The notes below the pieces were generated by a model that was not told where the DNA came from, did not search any database, and saw nothing but the letters and a program-made list of their open reading frames with translations. Shown here piece by piece: positions 1 through 12,261 of a stretch of 64,000 bases of DNA. This DNA is from Octopus vulgaris. Its lineage: Eukaryota. The translations under genes and the position numbers were made by a program. The stretch covers positions 46,934,001 to 46,998,000 of the forward strand of contig OX597825.1 of assembly GCA_951406725.2 (NCBI GenBank). Direction: 5' to 3'. Positions within the stretch are counted from its first letter, which is position 1. The number at the start of each line of letters is the position of its first letter.

Positions 1-281
1 GAGCGAATTAGAACGTGGAAAAACGGTGTCGCCATACACGAAAAACATCACCGGCATAATGTCAGATATCAGGCATATAGATATGATCGGCTCTGCCCTA
101 AAGGAAAATAATGTGTTTACGGAGCGAAAATCAAACAATAAAATCTGTGAGCTTTCAGCATAGTACCTGGAGAGATAAAATCATGCAGTTCATAACATTT
201 TAGGACAGCTGGATGGACAGGCCGATTAAACTGATTGGTGTTCGTGCCCGTTACCAAGCTTTTGAGACCCGGAGTTGGTTT

Positions 282-437
282 GTTTCTGTCCTCGTAACTT
301 AATAGTTTGGCAAAAGAGACCGAATGAATAAGTGCAAAGCTTAAAAAAAATAAGTACTGGAGTTGATTCGTTCGACTAACATTTTTGAAGGCGGTGTTCC
401 AGCATGGACTTAGTCCATTAACTGAAGCAATTAAGAG
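282..437 (+). mobile_element. 3' part of abundant tRNA-derived SINE
   Basis: Matches the 3' half of the SINE copies at 25681-26097, 45605-46013 and 60615-61045 (ggcaaaagagaccga...aataagtactgg...aaggcggtg.tccagcatgg). Confidence 0.7.
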
Positions 438-1476
438 GTAGAAGATGAATATGCAAACCAGTCTGATGAAAATGTTAAGAACAACGGTTTCAATACTGCT
501 GCAGCTATATTAGTCCTAATCAGATGTAATTCTCCACAAGATATTTTACTCAGTGAAATCTGTTTACATACACACACACACATGCAGACACACATACATA
601 CACACACACGTACACACGCACGCACACACACGTACATACATTTATATATAGACACAAACATGGAGCTCATCTTCCTTTTCCACACTCTCTTCCTCCTCTA
701 TTCTTATTCTTCTCCTTCTGCTTCAGATTTAATCAAAAGCATATAAAAATAAAGATAGGTCAATACGTTACGCTTCTTTCGTCATTGTACCTGAATGAAA
801 TATATCATAGCTAAATAAGGACTGTTATGCGATCTAGAAATTTAACGCTATTTTTACACTGGTAACGGATTTTGAATATTATTGCTAGGTATCAGTTCAC
901 AGAAAATAATTCATATTGGGTTAGTGCTGAATTAAAAATTATACACGGAAGAATGATTGATTCGTTGGCTTATTTTGAAACATTTTAGATATATTTCATT
1001 GAAGCCGAAGCTCTCTGAAAATTAATTCTATAACACGACTTGAGCATTATCAACATTGAATAATTCTTAAGTACAAAGTTACAATTTTTTTTTTACATAT
1101 AACTTGATATAAAAAGAAACACACTCACATATACACGCACACAGACATATAAGTTTTTACTTGAAGATGTATATTAAACACAAACATACACACACATATA
1201 CTGGAAAATTCGCGTCTGATTCTCTAGTGTTTAAATTTTTCATTGTCTTCTGCTTTTTTGATTATTTCTATTACATCAACACACATTTATTAGCTTTTAT
1301 ACTGATACTGAAGACACGACGAAGAAAGAAAATACTTATTAGCGTATTTTTTTTCGCATCAACAAAACTTTCCTTCAAGTGCATGTGATTACGCCACCTT
1401 GTGTTCCATTAATATTTCTAGTTGTCCTCTCCTTCATATACACACAAACATCTGTGTGTGTGTGTGTATATATGTA

Positions 1477-1524
<48 letters not shown>

Positions 1525-1542
1525 TAGATAGATAGATAGATA

Positions 1543-1801
1543 GATATACCTTCGAAACACGCTGGAGTTGAACTAGGGACAGCTGATGAAGGGAATTTTT
1601 CCTTGTGTAGTTTGTCTAGTACTCTGTTTTTTCTTTCTAAAAAAAAGGTTCGTTCCATGCTTGTTTTTACGTTTTCGTTCTCGTTGAGTTCTGCGTCCAT
1701 TTGTGGTGTCCTGTACTCACGTATATATATTTATATAAACATGTAGATGTAGGTACGTACATATATGTATGTATGTATGTATGCATATATTTTATTTATT
1801 A

Positions 1802-1847
<46 letters not shown>

Positions 1848-3262
1848 TTTATTTTAAACAGCAGAAAATTCAACAAAATCTGTTACTCTGAGTTTCTCGT
1901 TGCCGTTCATCAGACAGTTTTTGCTAGAATGGAACTTATATATTAATTCAATATATACTCTTACAAACGCTACACCTTTAAAAAGAAATGGACTTGTTTG
2001 ATTGGCCCTTTAGAAAAAACGGTCAATCTTCGAGCGATAAACAAAAAGGTCAAAAATATATGTATATATATATATAAAAAAACTTATAAAAATTATAAAA
2101 TCCGAGGAAAAAACCGAGGAAAAAACCTATTGCCGTTAATGAAGACAGTGCAAATTAATGCATAGAAATTAAACCTGTTATAAATACTGCAATACATATT
2201 TATATTAAAATCTACATATATATATCAACATACACAAAAGGATGCGCGTAAACGCCATACATACATATACAGACGTATGAATATGAATCTAAATATACAC
2301 ATAAAAGCATGTGTACATATATTCACGCAAACCGTCTCGCACGCAAGCTAAAATTCATCTATGTAGCAATTCTCATATACTGAGCAAGGAGGGGGAACGA
2401 AAGAAAGGGAAAGAGAGAAAAAGGAACGAAGGAGGGGTGGGGAAAAAACTTGTAACGATGTTATTGGCATCTATAGAGACCAGTATACATACACAAGTTT
2501 GAATGGATACATATACATACCGTCGTGTATATGTGTGCTTAAGCACAAGCATACTTTCACTTACACATACACAGATACGCATGCTTACAAATACATATGC
2601 TTTGCTATACACATACTTATATAAACATTCTAATTTTGACAACATTACTTTTTTTTAAAAAAACATTGCTTTTAAAAAAAATGGGTGCATTAATAAAAAT
2701 ATATACGAAAGACATATAAAATAAAATATAACATCCTATTTTGGGTCATTTATAAATAATCAAGGTAATATAAATAATCAAGGTAATCCTATGCAATACA
2801 ATAACATGAAAACAAAGTTTGTAGGTTTTTCCTAATATATATGTAGAAACATAAGACTTTGCTATACGGATTAATATCCGCGTAGCTTGGAAACAGAATC
2901 AAAATCCGTCGTAGCGCTCAAGAGTCAAAATCAAAATCAAAAATCAAAAATACAAAATATATACTCTATCCATATGGTATATTTATATTCGACATTTTAA
3001 ATTTAGCCGCGTGCCTACATAAGTTCATTAACTCACTTCTTTGATTCAAAGAATTATTGTCTTTGAATAAGATGTGCATTTTTTCTAATAGGCAAAGTCT
3101 GCACTTGAAATTATATTTGTAAGCTCCATGCCTGTATGGTGCCGCCCTGTCCAGAATGCTCCATGTCACGTTGAAAGGTGGGGCTTCCTTTTCTTTTAGT
3201 TCCCAGACATATTTTGCTAGGCTGGTTTTCTTCCTATTCTCTGGGTATTTAAAAGAATTTTT
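1543..3262 (-). repeat. Left arm of ~1.7-kb inverted repeat (copy of 4395-6128)
   Basis: Identical mirrored ORFs (2966..3277 vs C-terminus of 3453..4691; 2373..2645 vs 5012..5284). Differences noticed are (TA)n length and one substitution. Confidence 0.97.
1875..1922 (-). ncRNA. Inverted copy of the minimal hammerhead ribozyme
   Basis: Exact reverse complement of 5735-5782. Confidence 0.85.
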
Positions 3263-3510
3263 TACCGATGGGGGCATACGACGTCATCCCTATATAAACC
3301 TGCATCTATAAATGGGAATTCTATTTTTAGATTATGGAGAATAAAGGCTCCTATGAGCATACATAATTCAGCCCCATCGGTACATCGAAAAGAGAATCCT
3401 CAGTCTTCTTAATCCAGGTGGAATCCTCGAAAAAAAGAAGCGATTTCCTCGCATGCATAATAATTTCAATTTCCGAGCTATCGATGTTGACATACTGCTT
3501 GGCGAAGTCC

Positions 3511-4691
3511 AATTATGTATGCTCATAGGAGCCTTTATTCTCCATAATCTAAAAATAGAATTCCCATTTATAGATGCAGGTTTATATAGGGATGACGGCC
3601 TTATAGCCACGCATAATCTAAACGGCCATGAATCAGATAGACTTAGGAAGGACCTTATAGCTTTCTTTCAAAGGATGGGCTTACGGATTACGATAGATGC
3701 TAACCTAAATAGTGTAGATTTTTTAGACGTAAATTTTAATGTAAGATCGGATAGATTTAAACCTTTCCGTAAGCCCAATGAAAAGCTATCGTATATTAGC
3801 AAAGATTCGAACCATCCACCAGTTATCCTTAGCAACTTAGTCAGCAATGTAGGTAGAAGAATATCTTCAATTTCTTCGGACGAGGCAGCATTCCATAATG
3901 CTGCACCTTATTACGATAGCGCATTAAAGAATAGTAGATTCTCGGAGAAGATCCAGTTCAACCAGCTTAATGCTAATAATAATGCTGCACGAAGAACTAG
4001 GACCAGGAAAGTTTTGTGGTTCAACCCGGCTTTCAATTTGGCCGTAAAGACTAATATAGGTAAGGAATTTTTGAGATTAGTCTCTAAGCATTTTAAGCAG
4101 GGTCATAAATTCTACAGAATATTTAATAGAAGAACCCTGAAGGTTAGCTATTCTTGTTGCAGAAATTTCGCCTCTTACATTAGCCAACATAATAGGAAGC
4201 TAATTGAGATTAGACATGGTGCCGAGCCCATTAAGAAATGTAATTTCAAAAACGAAAGCTCCTGTCCGTTAGAAGGGAAATGTCTAGTGAAAGGAGTAGT
4301 TTATAGAGCCAAGGTGCAAGTGGAAGGCTCATCGGAATACAAGACATACACAGGGGCTTCAGAAAATTCATTTAAAACAAGATTTTATTCTCATAAAAAT
4401 TCTTTTAAATACCCAGAGAATAGGAAGAAAACCAGCCTAGCAAAATATGTCTGGGAACTAAAAGAAAAGGAAGCCCCACCTTTCAACGTGACATGGAGCA
4501 TTCTGGACAGGGCGGCACCATACAGGCATGGAGCTTACAAATATAATTTCAAGTGCAGACTTTGCCTATTAGAAAAAATGCACATCTTATTCAAAGACAA
4601 TAATTCTTTGAATCAAAGAAGTGAGTTAATGAACTTATGTAGGCACGCGGCTAAATTTAAAATGTCGAATATAAATATACCATATGGATAG
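3511..4691 (+). CDS. PLE reverse transcriptase (C-terminal part) plus GIY-YIG endonuclease, 5'-truncated
   Basis: YRDD motif, FLDV, SNHPP thumb, Cys cluster CNFK...CPLEGKC, GIY-YIG-like VVY...YTG...FKTRF..H, CRLCLLEK, LNQRSE. The first ~20 aa of ORF 3453 come from an inverted segment. Confidence 0.92.
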
Positions 4692-5734
4692 AGTATATAT
4701 TTTGTATTTTTGATTTTTGATTTTGATTTTGACTCTTGAGCGCTACGACGGATTTTGATTCTGTTTCCAAGCTACGCGGATATTAATCCGTATAGCAAAG
4801 TCTTATGTTTCTACATATATATTAGGAAAAACCTACAAACTTTGTTTTCATGTTATTGTATTGCATAGGATTACCTTGATTATTTATATTACCTTGATTA
4901 TTTATAAATGACCCAAAATAGGATGTTATATTTTATTTTATATGTCTTTCGTATATATTTTTATTAATGCACCCATTTTTTTTAAAAGCAATGTTTTTTT
5001 AAAAAAAAGTAATGTTGTCAAAATTAGAATGTTTATATAAGTATGTGTATAGCAAAGCATATGTATTTGTAAGCATGCGTATCTGTGTATGTGTAAGTGA
5101 AAGTATGCTTGTGCTTAAGCACACATATACACGACGGTATGTATATGTATCCATTCAAACTTGTGTATGTATACTGGTCTCTATAGATGCCAATAACATC
5201 GTTACAAGTTTTTTCCCCACCCCTCCTTCGTTCCTTTTTCTCTCTTTCCCTTTCTTTCGTTCCCCCTCCTTGCTCAGTATATGAGAATTGCTACATAGAT
5301 GAATTTTAGCTTGCGTGCGAGACGGTTTGCGTGAATATATGTACACATGCTTTTATGTGTATATTTAGATTCATATTCATACGTCTGTATATGTATGTAT
5401 GGCGTTTACGCGCATCCTTTTGTGTATGTTGATATATATATGTAGATTTTAATATAAATATGTATTGCAGTATTTATAACAGGTTTAATTTCTATGCATT
5501 AATTTGCACTGTCTTCATTAACGGCAATAGGTTTTTTCCTCGGTTTTTTCCTCGGATTTTATAATTTTTATAAGTTTTTTTATATATATATATACATATA
5601 TTTTTGACCTTTTTGTTTATCGCTCGAAGATTGACCGTTTTTTCTAAAGGGCCAATCAAACAAGTCCATTTCTTTTTAAAGGTGTAGCGTTTGTAAGAGT
5701 ATATATTGAATTAATATATAAGTTCCATTCTAGC

Positions 5735-5782
5735 AAAAACTGTCTGATGAACGGCAACGAGAAACTCAGAGTAACAGATTTT
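5735..5782 (+). ncRNA. Minimal type I hammerhead ribozyme (PLE 3' end)
   Basis: aaaaCTGT-CTGATGA(5744-50)-acggcaacga-GAAAC(5761-65)-tcaga-GTA(5771-73)-ACAGatttt. Stem I ctgt/acag, near-palindromic stem III ACTCAGAGT. Confidence 0.85.
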
Positions 5783-5809
5783 GTTGAATTTTCTGCTGTT
5801 TAAAATAAA

Positions 5810-5869
<60 letters not shown>

Positions 5870-6124
5870 TAATAAATAAAATATATGCATACATACATAC
5901 ATACATATATGTACGTACCTACATCTACATGTATATATAAATATATATACGTGAGTACAGGACACCACAAATGGACGCAGAACTCAACGAGAACGAAAAC
6001 GTAAAAACAAGCATGGAACGAACCTTTTTTTTAGAAAGAAAAAACAGAGTACTAGACAAACTACACAAGGAAAAATTCCCTTCATCAGCTGTCCCTAGTT
6101 CAACTCCAGCGTGTTTCGAAGGTA

Positions 6125-6228
<104 letters not shown>

Positions 6229-6404
6229 TATATGTATATATATCAATTAATCAAAGGACATAATAAGTCTGTCTACCTGCTGGAAATAACAGTCAAAACT
6301 ATTATTTAAATCACCAAAATACGCTAATAATAACTACAGAAATCAACCGTCTGAAGGCAAACGGGCTTAGACAATCTCTCAGCATAATCCAAGTATTTGG
6401 ACTC

Positions 6405-6455
6405 ATGTGGACCGGTTTCTGGACTGGTATTACAGCTTCACCTTCCTCAGCACGC
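6405..6455 (-). ncRNA. Type I hammerhead ribozyme motif
   Basis: Minus strand: gtg-CTGAGGA-aggtgaagctgtaataccagtcca-GAAAC-cg-GTC-cac. Palindromic stem III ACCGGT. Confidence 0.7.
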
Positions 6456-6577
6456 GTTACCATGATGGAGAGCCCCAACCCGTTACATTGAAGTCTATGC
6501 TTCAACTGATTCGTTCTGCGCCGAATCATGGCAGCTACCAGTGTGAAACTAATTTCAATACAGAGTAAATAATTCAC

Positions 6578-7040
6578 GAGAAAATATTTCCGAAGATATC
6601 ATTTCTATTATTATGTAGTGTAACAATTAAGAATGATAATAACGGAATCAATAATAAAGGCGATTGCAAGGCCAATCGCCTGCAGTCGCTTATATTATTG
6701 ATTCTGTTATTATCATTTTTAATTGTTACACTAGGTAATAAAGTCAATGAAATCTTCACAAATATTCTTTCTCCAGCCTCAGACTCTCACCAAGCAAGGA
6801 CCTCTATCGGAAGCACTGTTGATTCCAAGCGTTGCTACTGTGCGCACATGAGTTCTTTCACCAATCCAAATTCTAAACTATCTGCCCCCTTAGCAACTTA
6901 TGTACACAATCTCAAATCTCAAAATGTTCAATATATCTTATCCTGGTCCACCGTAAGTGAGGCTCCTCAATACAACGCAAACATCGGTATTTGTAAATCG
7001 TGTATAAGAGAATCGCTAATCATCCTTCTTTCCAAAGCAT
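6578..7040 (+). mobile_element. Degraded PLE fragment: fold-back (6578-6773) followed by GIY-YIG C-terminus
   Basis: Imperfect inverted repeat. ORF 6698..7084 contains IGST..KR...H.SSF...LATYVHNLK...SWS...APQYN...CKSCIRE, collinear with the endonuclease encoded at ~4300-4690. Confidence 0.7.
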
Positions 7041-10000
7041 CTTCCCTTTTTAGAATCCGCCTCACCTCACTTCTCCCCTTTTGAGAATTGAACTCCGCTC
7101 AGAGTTTTAATATCTCTTGCACTTAGGGTTCAATTCCAGCGTTTCTGTTCTTTTCCGTTTTCTGTTGCTAGACTCTATAGTTTTAAATTGTCTGGGTGTT
7201 GGCACCTGAAACCTGTCATACAATACTTCCATGGGGATTTCATTTCTCGTGACTTTTTCCATGAATCTCTTTTTAAGCTGGTACATGTCTTTTATGTTTG
7301 AAATTTTTCCTTTTACCAGGAATATCATTCTTCCAATTTGTTTAATAATTACACTTTCCTCCCAGCTTTCTTTACTATATCTATAAGTTAAAAAAACCTT
7401 TGTTACCTAACGTGAAGAACTTTGAAGTACTTTTGTTGTTCACCTTTTTTTTTGGTTCCACTAGGGATCAGCTTATCAAAGACAGATCTGACTTTTCTAG
7501 CAAACAACAATTCTGCGGGTGACATTCCCGACGGTGTATTCGGATTAGGTGTTACTCGGTACACTCTTAGAAATTGTTGAAGGGAAAGGCCATTCATAAC
7601 TTCATTGTTCGCTCTTTTCAACGCCTTCGAGAAAGTGTCAACAAAACGCTCCGCTTGTCTATCCGACATAGGATGATACAGCAGAGTGGTGACATGACAT
7701 GTTCAATGACGAATATTTTGCAAACTTTTCTGAATTAGTCTGACGTAAATTTGTGTAAAAAAATTGTAACTGCAGGTGTCGAATTTTTACATTTATGCAC
7801 TTCCAGCTACCCTTAAGTGGACCTACATAATCAACATGCAGTTTGGCCCATGGAGCATCTATTTTTGGCCACGGTTGCCATTTAATGTTAGGCGCTTTTG
7901 CAGCTAAGGCACACCATGTGCATACTTTCACTGATTCTTCAATGTCACGTTGATTGTTGGCAATTATACATAACTTCTCATTAACGATTTCATTCTTGAA
8001 ATTTCTAGGTGACCAATATGAAATTCCTTTAATAGTCGCTTTTGTAGCGTGGCTGGAACTACGACTTTTTGTGCATACATTGTCACACTGTGAGACATGG
8101 TTCACATTTGTGTTGCGTATATTTTTATCTCTTTTTAGCATTCAGTAAATTCTTTCATTTTTATAATGAATTTATCGTTTTCTGATTTTAATTTTATGCC
8201 TTCAAAATTAACTGGCAGTTCAAGTAAGATATTATACAAAACATTTTAAATTTCATTTTTCGCTCACAAAGTGGCAATCATTGTATCTTCAAATAGTTCC
8301 GCATTTTTTGAAATCATTCCTGATAGATAATCAGCATGACCTAGATTCTTGGATCATATAAACTCCATCTTGAAATCATAGTTTAATAATATCACTACCC
8401 TAGCGTTGTAACCTATTAGAAGTATGGGAAGGGATACCCTTTTTCGACCCAAATATTGATTATGTAGAGGAAAACTTCTACCGTGTAAAAATCTGTGAAA
8501 TATTTTTGTGGCACAAATAATCGCTAGAGCTTCTTTTCGATTTCACTATAATTTTTCTCTGCTGATATCAGAGAACGTGAGGCATGAACCATCGCCTTCA
8601 TGTAAGCATCTTTATATTTACCCCTCCTATACCGTACTCAGAAGCGTCTGAATCGACAACAATCTCCACTGCACAATCAAAGTGTGCTAGCGACAAATCA
8701 GATATTAATATATATTTTTTAGTTCGTCAAACGCCTTTTCACAATTTTCCGACCAATTCCATTTCATATCTTTTTCCAGTAGATTATTCAGTGGAACCCT
8801 CACCTTATGAATGTCTGGAATAAAATTTTGCTAATAATTTGCCAGTCCTAAAAATGCTTGTAAGGTCTCTATGTTTGTCGGAGAGAGCATATTTTTAATT
8901 GCGTCTGGTTGACGTCCATTTCTGTTAATGATTTGTCCTAAAGTTTTAGTAAGAAAAATTCACTTTTCTTCACTGTAATCCCTAATTTTTTCGAATGCAT
9001 ATTTTACTTGCTCTACGTGTTGATCCCTGGATTCACTTTTAATGAGTATATTATCGAGGTATGAAATTGAAAATTCACAGTCCGCTAACGTTGCATCCAT
9101 AATCTGCTGAAAAATCGCTGGTGCGACTTTTAAGCCAAATAGTTACCTGTTGTATTTATACAGTCCTTTATGTGTGTTAATCTTTAGGTACGCGTCAGAG
9201 AGATCCAATTTAGAAACTATCTTGTCACCATTTAATTACGCAAAAATGTAGGTAGCGGATAGTAGCACGTTTTAAGACATTTGTTAAAACAAGTGGTAAA
9301 ATCAGTACACACTCTGATTATATTATTCTTATTAACGTACACAGATGATAATGCCCAATGACAGCATACCACTTTTTGAATAACTCCAATTTTTTCTAGT
9401 CTCTCTAATTCTAAGTTTACCTGTTCTAACGCTGCGAATGCTACCGTTCGTTTATATTTAAATGTTGGTATGGCGTTTTCTTTTATTTGAAACCGCGCCT
9501 TCATTTTGGTACACAGACCTAATTTATCAGACAGAACTTCAGTAAAAATATAAAACTTATTCTTTTCAATTCGTCTGACGATTCATTTGTACTGGAAGGA
9601 AAAAAACCATTCATATTTTTACAAAGAAGATTTATTGGGAGGTCTCATAAGTTAAATAATTCCAGCCAGTCAGTTCCAAATACGTTTGAGAGATTATTTA
9701 ATACAGAAACTTCAGCTTTTAAGGTTTTTTCATGAAAGGTAATGTTACTTTCATTTAATCTAGGCCTCTCGATTTATTTACATGTATCTGTTAATCATTG
9801 AGATATCGCTGCCCGCATACAATTGTAACTGTACGTTTGTCTCATCAATTTTTACACACACAAGTTTTCTTTGAGCTCGTTCGTGGTTTTTGTCACCGAT
9901 AATCTGTTTATGTGATATTTTCTGTTGAACCATTTTTTAGGTTTTGTCCTACAGTGCGACTTTTTATGACTTATTTTACCACACTTGAAGCATTTTATAT

Positions 10001-11090
10001 TTTGAAACGGACAGTTACTTTTAAAATGTAGACGACCGCACCCATAACATGGATTCGGTCTTGACATTTTTCTGATCCGATACCAGCTGACACGCTTGAA
10101 CATGAAAGCAATCTTCCACTTCAGTTTTATTGAGTCATATCGTAGATTTATAACGTTCTGACACTCTTCTGCTACTGCCTGCAGAGTTAAATTTTGGTCC
10201 TGTTCTATTGTTTTTAATATCCCTGAACGTATATCTGCGTCTTTGTTCATAATAAGTACTTGAACAAAAATTTAAGACTTGAACATTCCGGGGTCAACTC
10301 ATTCAATATGAATTTCTCACACGCCGGCATAGGTGACGAAATCTTCATCATCGTTTTTGATCAAGTTTCAACATTGCCAGCGAATTTTGGACAAGCAACT
10401 TCTTTCACTGAAAATTTTCGATGAAGTATTAATTGTTTCATGGAAGCTTATCTCACCTGGCTTCTACGGCAGAATATAGTTACTATATTTTTTGTGTTCG
10501 TTAGGGGATAACTTCCTTAAAAGTAAGTTGTACTTTTTTCTCGTTGGACCACTTTTATACTCTTCTTTGAAGATTTCTTCGTATCTACGAAAATATGCAG
10601 AGAAAGAAATTCCTTCTTCTGGACTGTAGCCGAATTCTTCAATTGAATTTGCTACGATGTGTGGCGAGTATTTGCCTGAATTATTTTCAGACTTCTTCAT
10701 CGTTAATTCCAGCAACTGTTGGATTTGTTTTTGCTGCTATTGTAGTTGCTGGTGTTGCTGTAATTGCTGCTGCTATTGTAACAGCACCATGGAGGCCAAT
10801 AAAATGTCCATGTTAAAACGATTTTTTTGGTTTCGTACTAAAGAAAAAAATTAATTTTAACGTCCAACAGAAGCTTCGAACAATTCGCCGCCACTTTTAG
10901 TCCTTGTATTGGATATATCAATTCACGAAGCAGAGTATAATAAAGTATATACACGATGCACTATTATTACTATTACACGAGACTCAACGCTCTATATCAA
11001 CGGCTCATAGTGAAGTACCTACATCCCGAACTGCTGACGACTCAACAGTTGTCTATTTAATAGAAATGTCTCAGTCTACTTTAAGTCACA
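7040..11090 (-). mobile_element. Degraded Gypsy (Mag-like) LTR retrotransposon
   Basis: Gag with two CCHC knuckles (9852..10250), RT fragments (9232..9504, YLDN at ~9055), integrase (LHVDYVGP; YRVTPNPNTPSGMSPAELLFARKVRS), PBS-like TGGCGGCG at ~10886-10893, PPT at ~7045-7082, putative 5' LTR ~10897-11090. Many stops and frameshifts. Confidence 0.88.
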
Positions 11091-11280
11091 TGGTGGGTGG
11101 GTGGTGGTTGAAATCCTTCCACAATAGTTCATCTCCTTCTATCGTCTTTCATACCTTTTCACATACCTTAGCAATCTCCCTCTGCCACTGAACTAGACAT
11201 TTTACCTCCCTCAAATAATTACCATTCATTTTCTCACTATCTCAACTTTTAATAATTCTATAGCTACTATCCCTAAATTT

Positions 11281-11921
11281 ATGTATATATATATGTATAT
11301 GTATGTATGTGCATGTATGTGTATGTGTATATGTGTATATATATTTATTAGTGTATATGTATGGACTAGTCTTCTGTGGGTGTATTGAGGTATGTATGTG
11401 TATGCGTGTAGATATGAATCAGTAGGTACGTGTACGTATGTGAATATACGTGAATGTATGTAGATGTATGTATGTATGAATATAACACGTGCGTGTGTGT
11501 ATGGGTATGAGTGTACGTGTGAGTGTGTGGGCGTGAGTGAGTGTTTGCGTTTGTATCAGTGAGTAGATAGATAAATGGACTCTTTAGAGAGACCATCCCT
11601 TGAGACCGGCTGACCGAGGTCAAGATAAAAATAAAGATATAAACAAAAGTAATAATAAAATTAAAATAAGGGAATAAAAATGTGTGTGTATGTGTGTGCA
11701 TGTATATGCATGTGTATATGTGTGTATGTATATATATGTGCGAGTGTGTATACTTATATGTATATATATGTATGTATATGTGTATTTGTGTGTGTGTACA
11801 TGGGTATGTGTATATATATGTATATATATGTATATATATATGTATATGTATGTATATATATATATATATGTATGTATATGTGTGTATGTATGTATATATA
11901 TAGATATATGTGAATATGTGG

Positions 11922-11955
<34 letters not shown>
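11281..11955. repeat. Compound (TA)/(TG)/(TATG) microsatellite region
   Basis: Directly visible. Explains the low-complexity ORFs 11366-11989. Confidence 0.9.
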
Positions 11956-11956
<1 letters not shown>

Positions 11957-12174
11957 GATGTACAAGTGAGAGTCTCCTTACTTACCTAAAACTCTATTTT
12001 TCTATTTATTCTTTTATTCTTTTATTTATTCTTTTATCTACTTTACCACCGATTCCTTTGACCACTCCCCTAATAATGATAGTTTTGCGCCATGCCTACC
12101 CCCCAAAAAGTCCCCCACCACCACCCATTTAAACCTGCCTAAATGTATAAATGCCAAAACAACTCTTGTCTACT

Positions 12175-12225
12175 AGCTTCCTGATGATTTCTTTTGAATG
12201 AAACACTTCTAGTCCTGTAGAAGCT
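12175..12225 (+). ncRNA. Type I hammerhead ribozyme motif
   Basis: AGCTTC-CTGATGA-tttcttttgaat-GAAAC-acttctagtcct-GTA-GAAGCT. Perfect 6-bp stem I, followed by an A/TA-rich tail. Confidence 0.82.
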
Positions 12226-12261
12226 CCTTCTATATAATAAATAAAAAAAATATATATATAA

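Noticed and set aside
3453-3510. ATG start of the 412-aa ORF
   Set aside because: These codons are the antisense of an inverted RT segment, so this is not a genuine N-terminus.
11366-11989. Y/I/H/T- or C/V/M-rich ORFs here and throughout the window
   Set aside because: They are translations of (TA)n, (CA)n and (TATG)n microsatellites.
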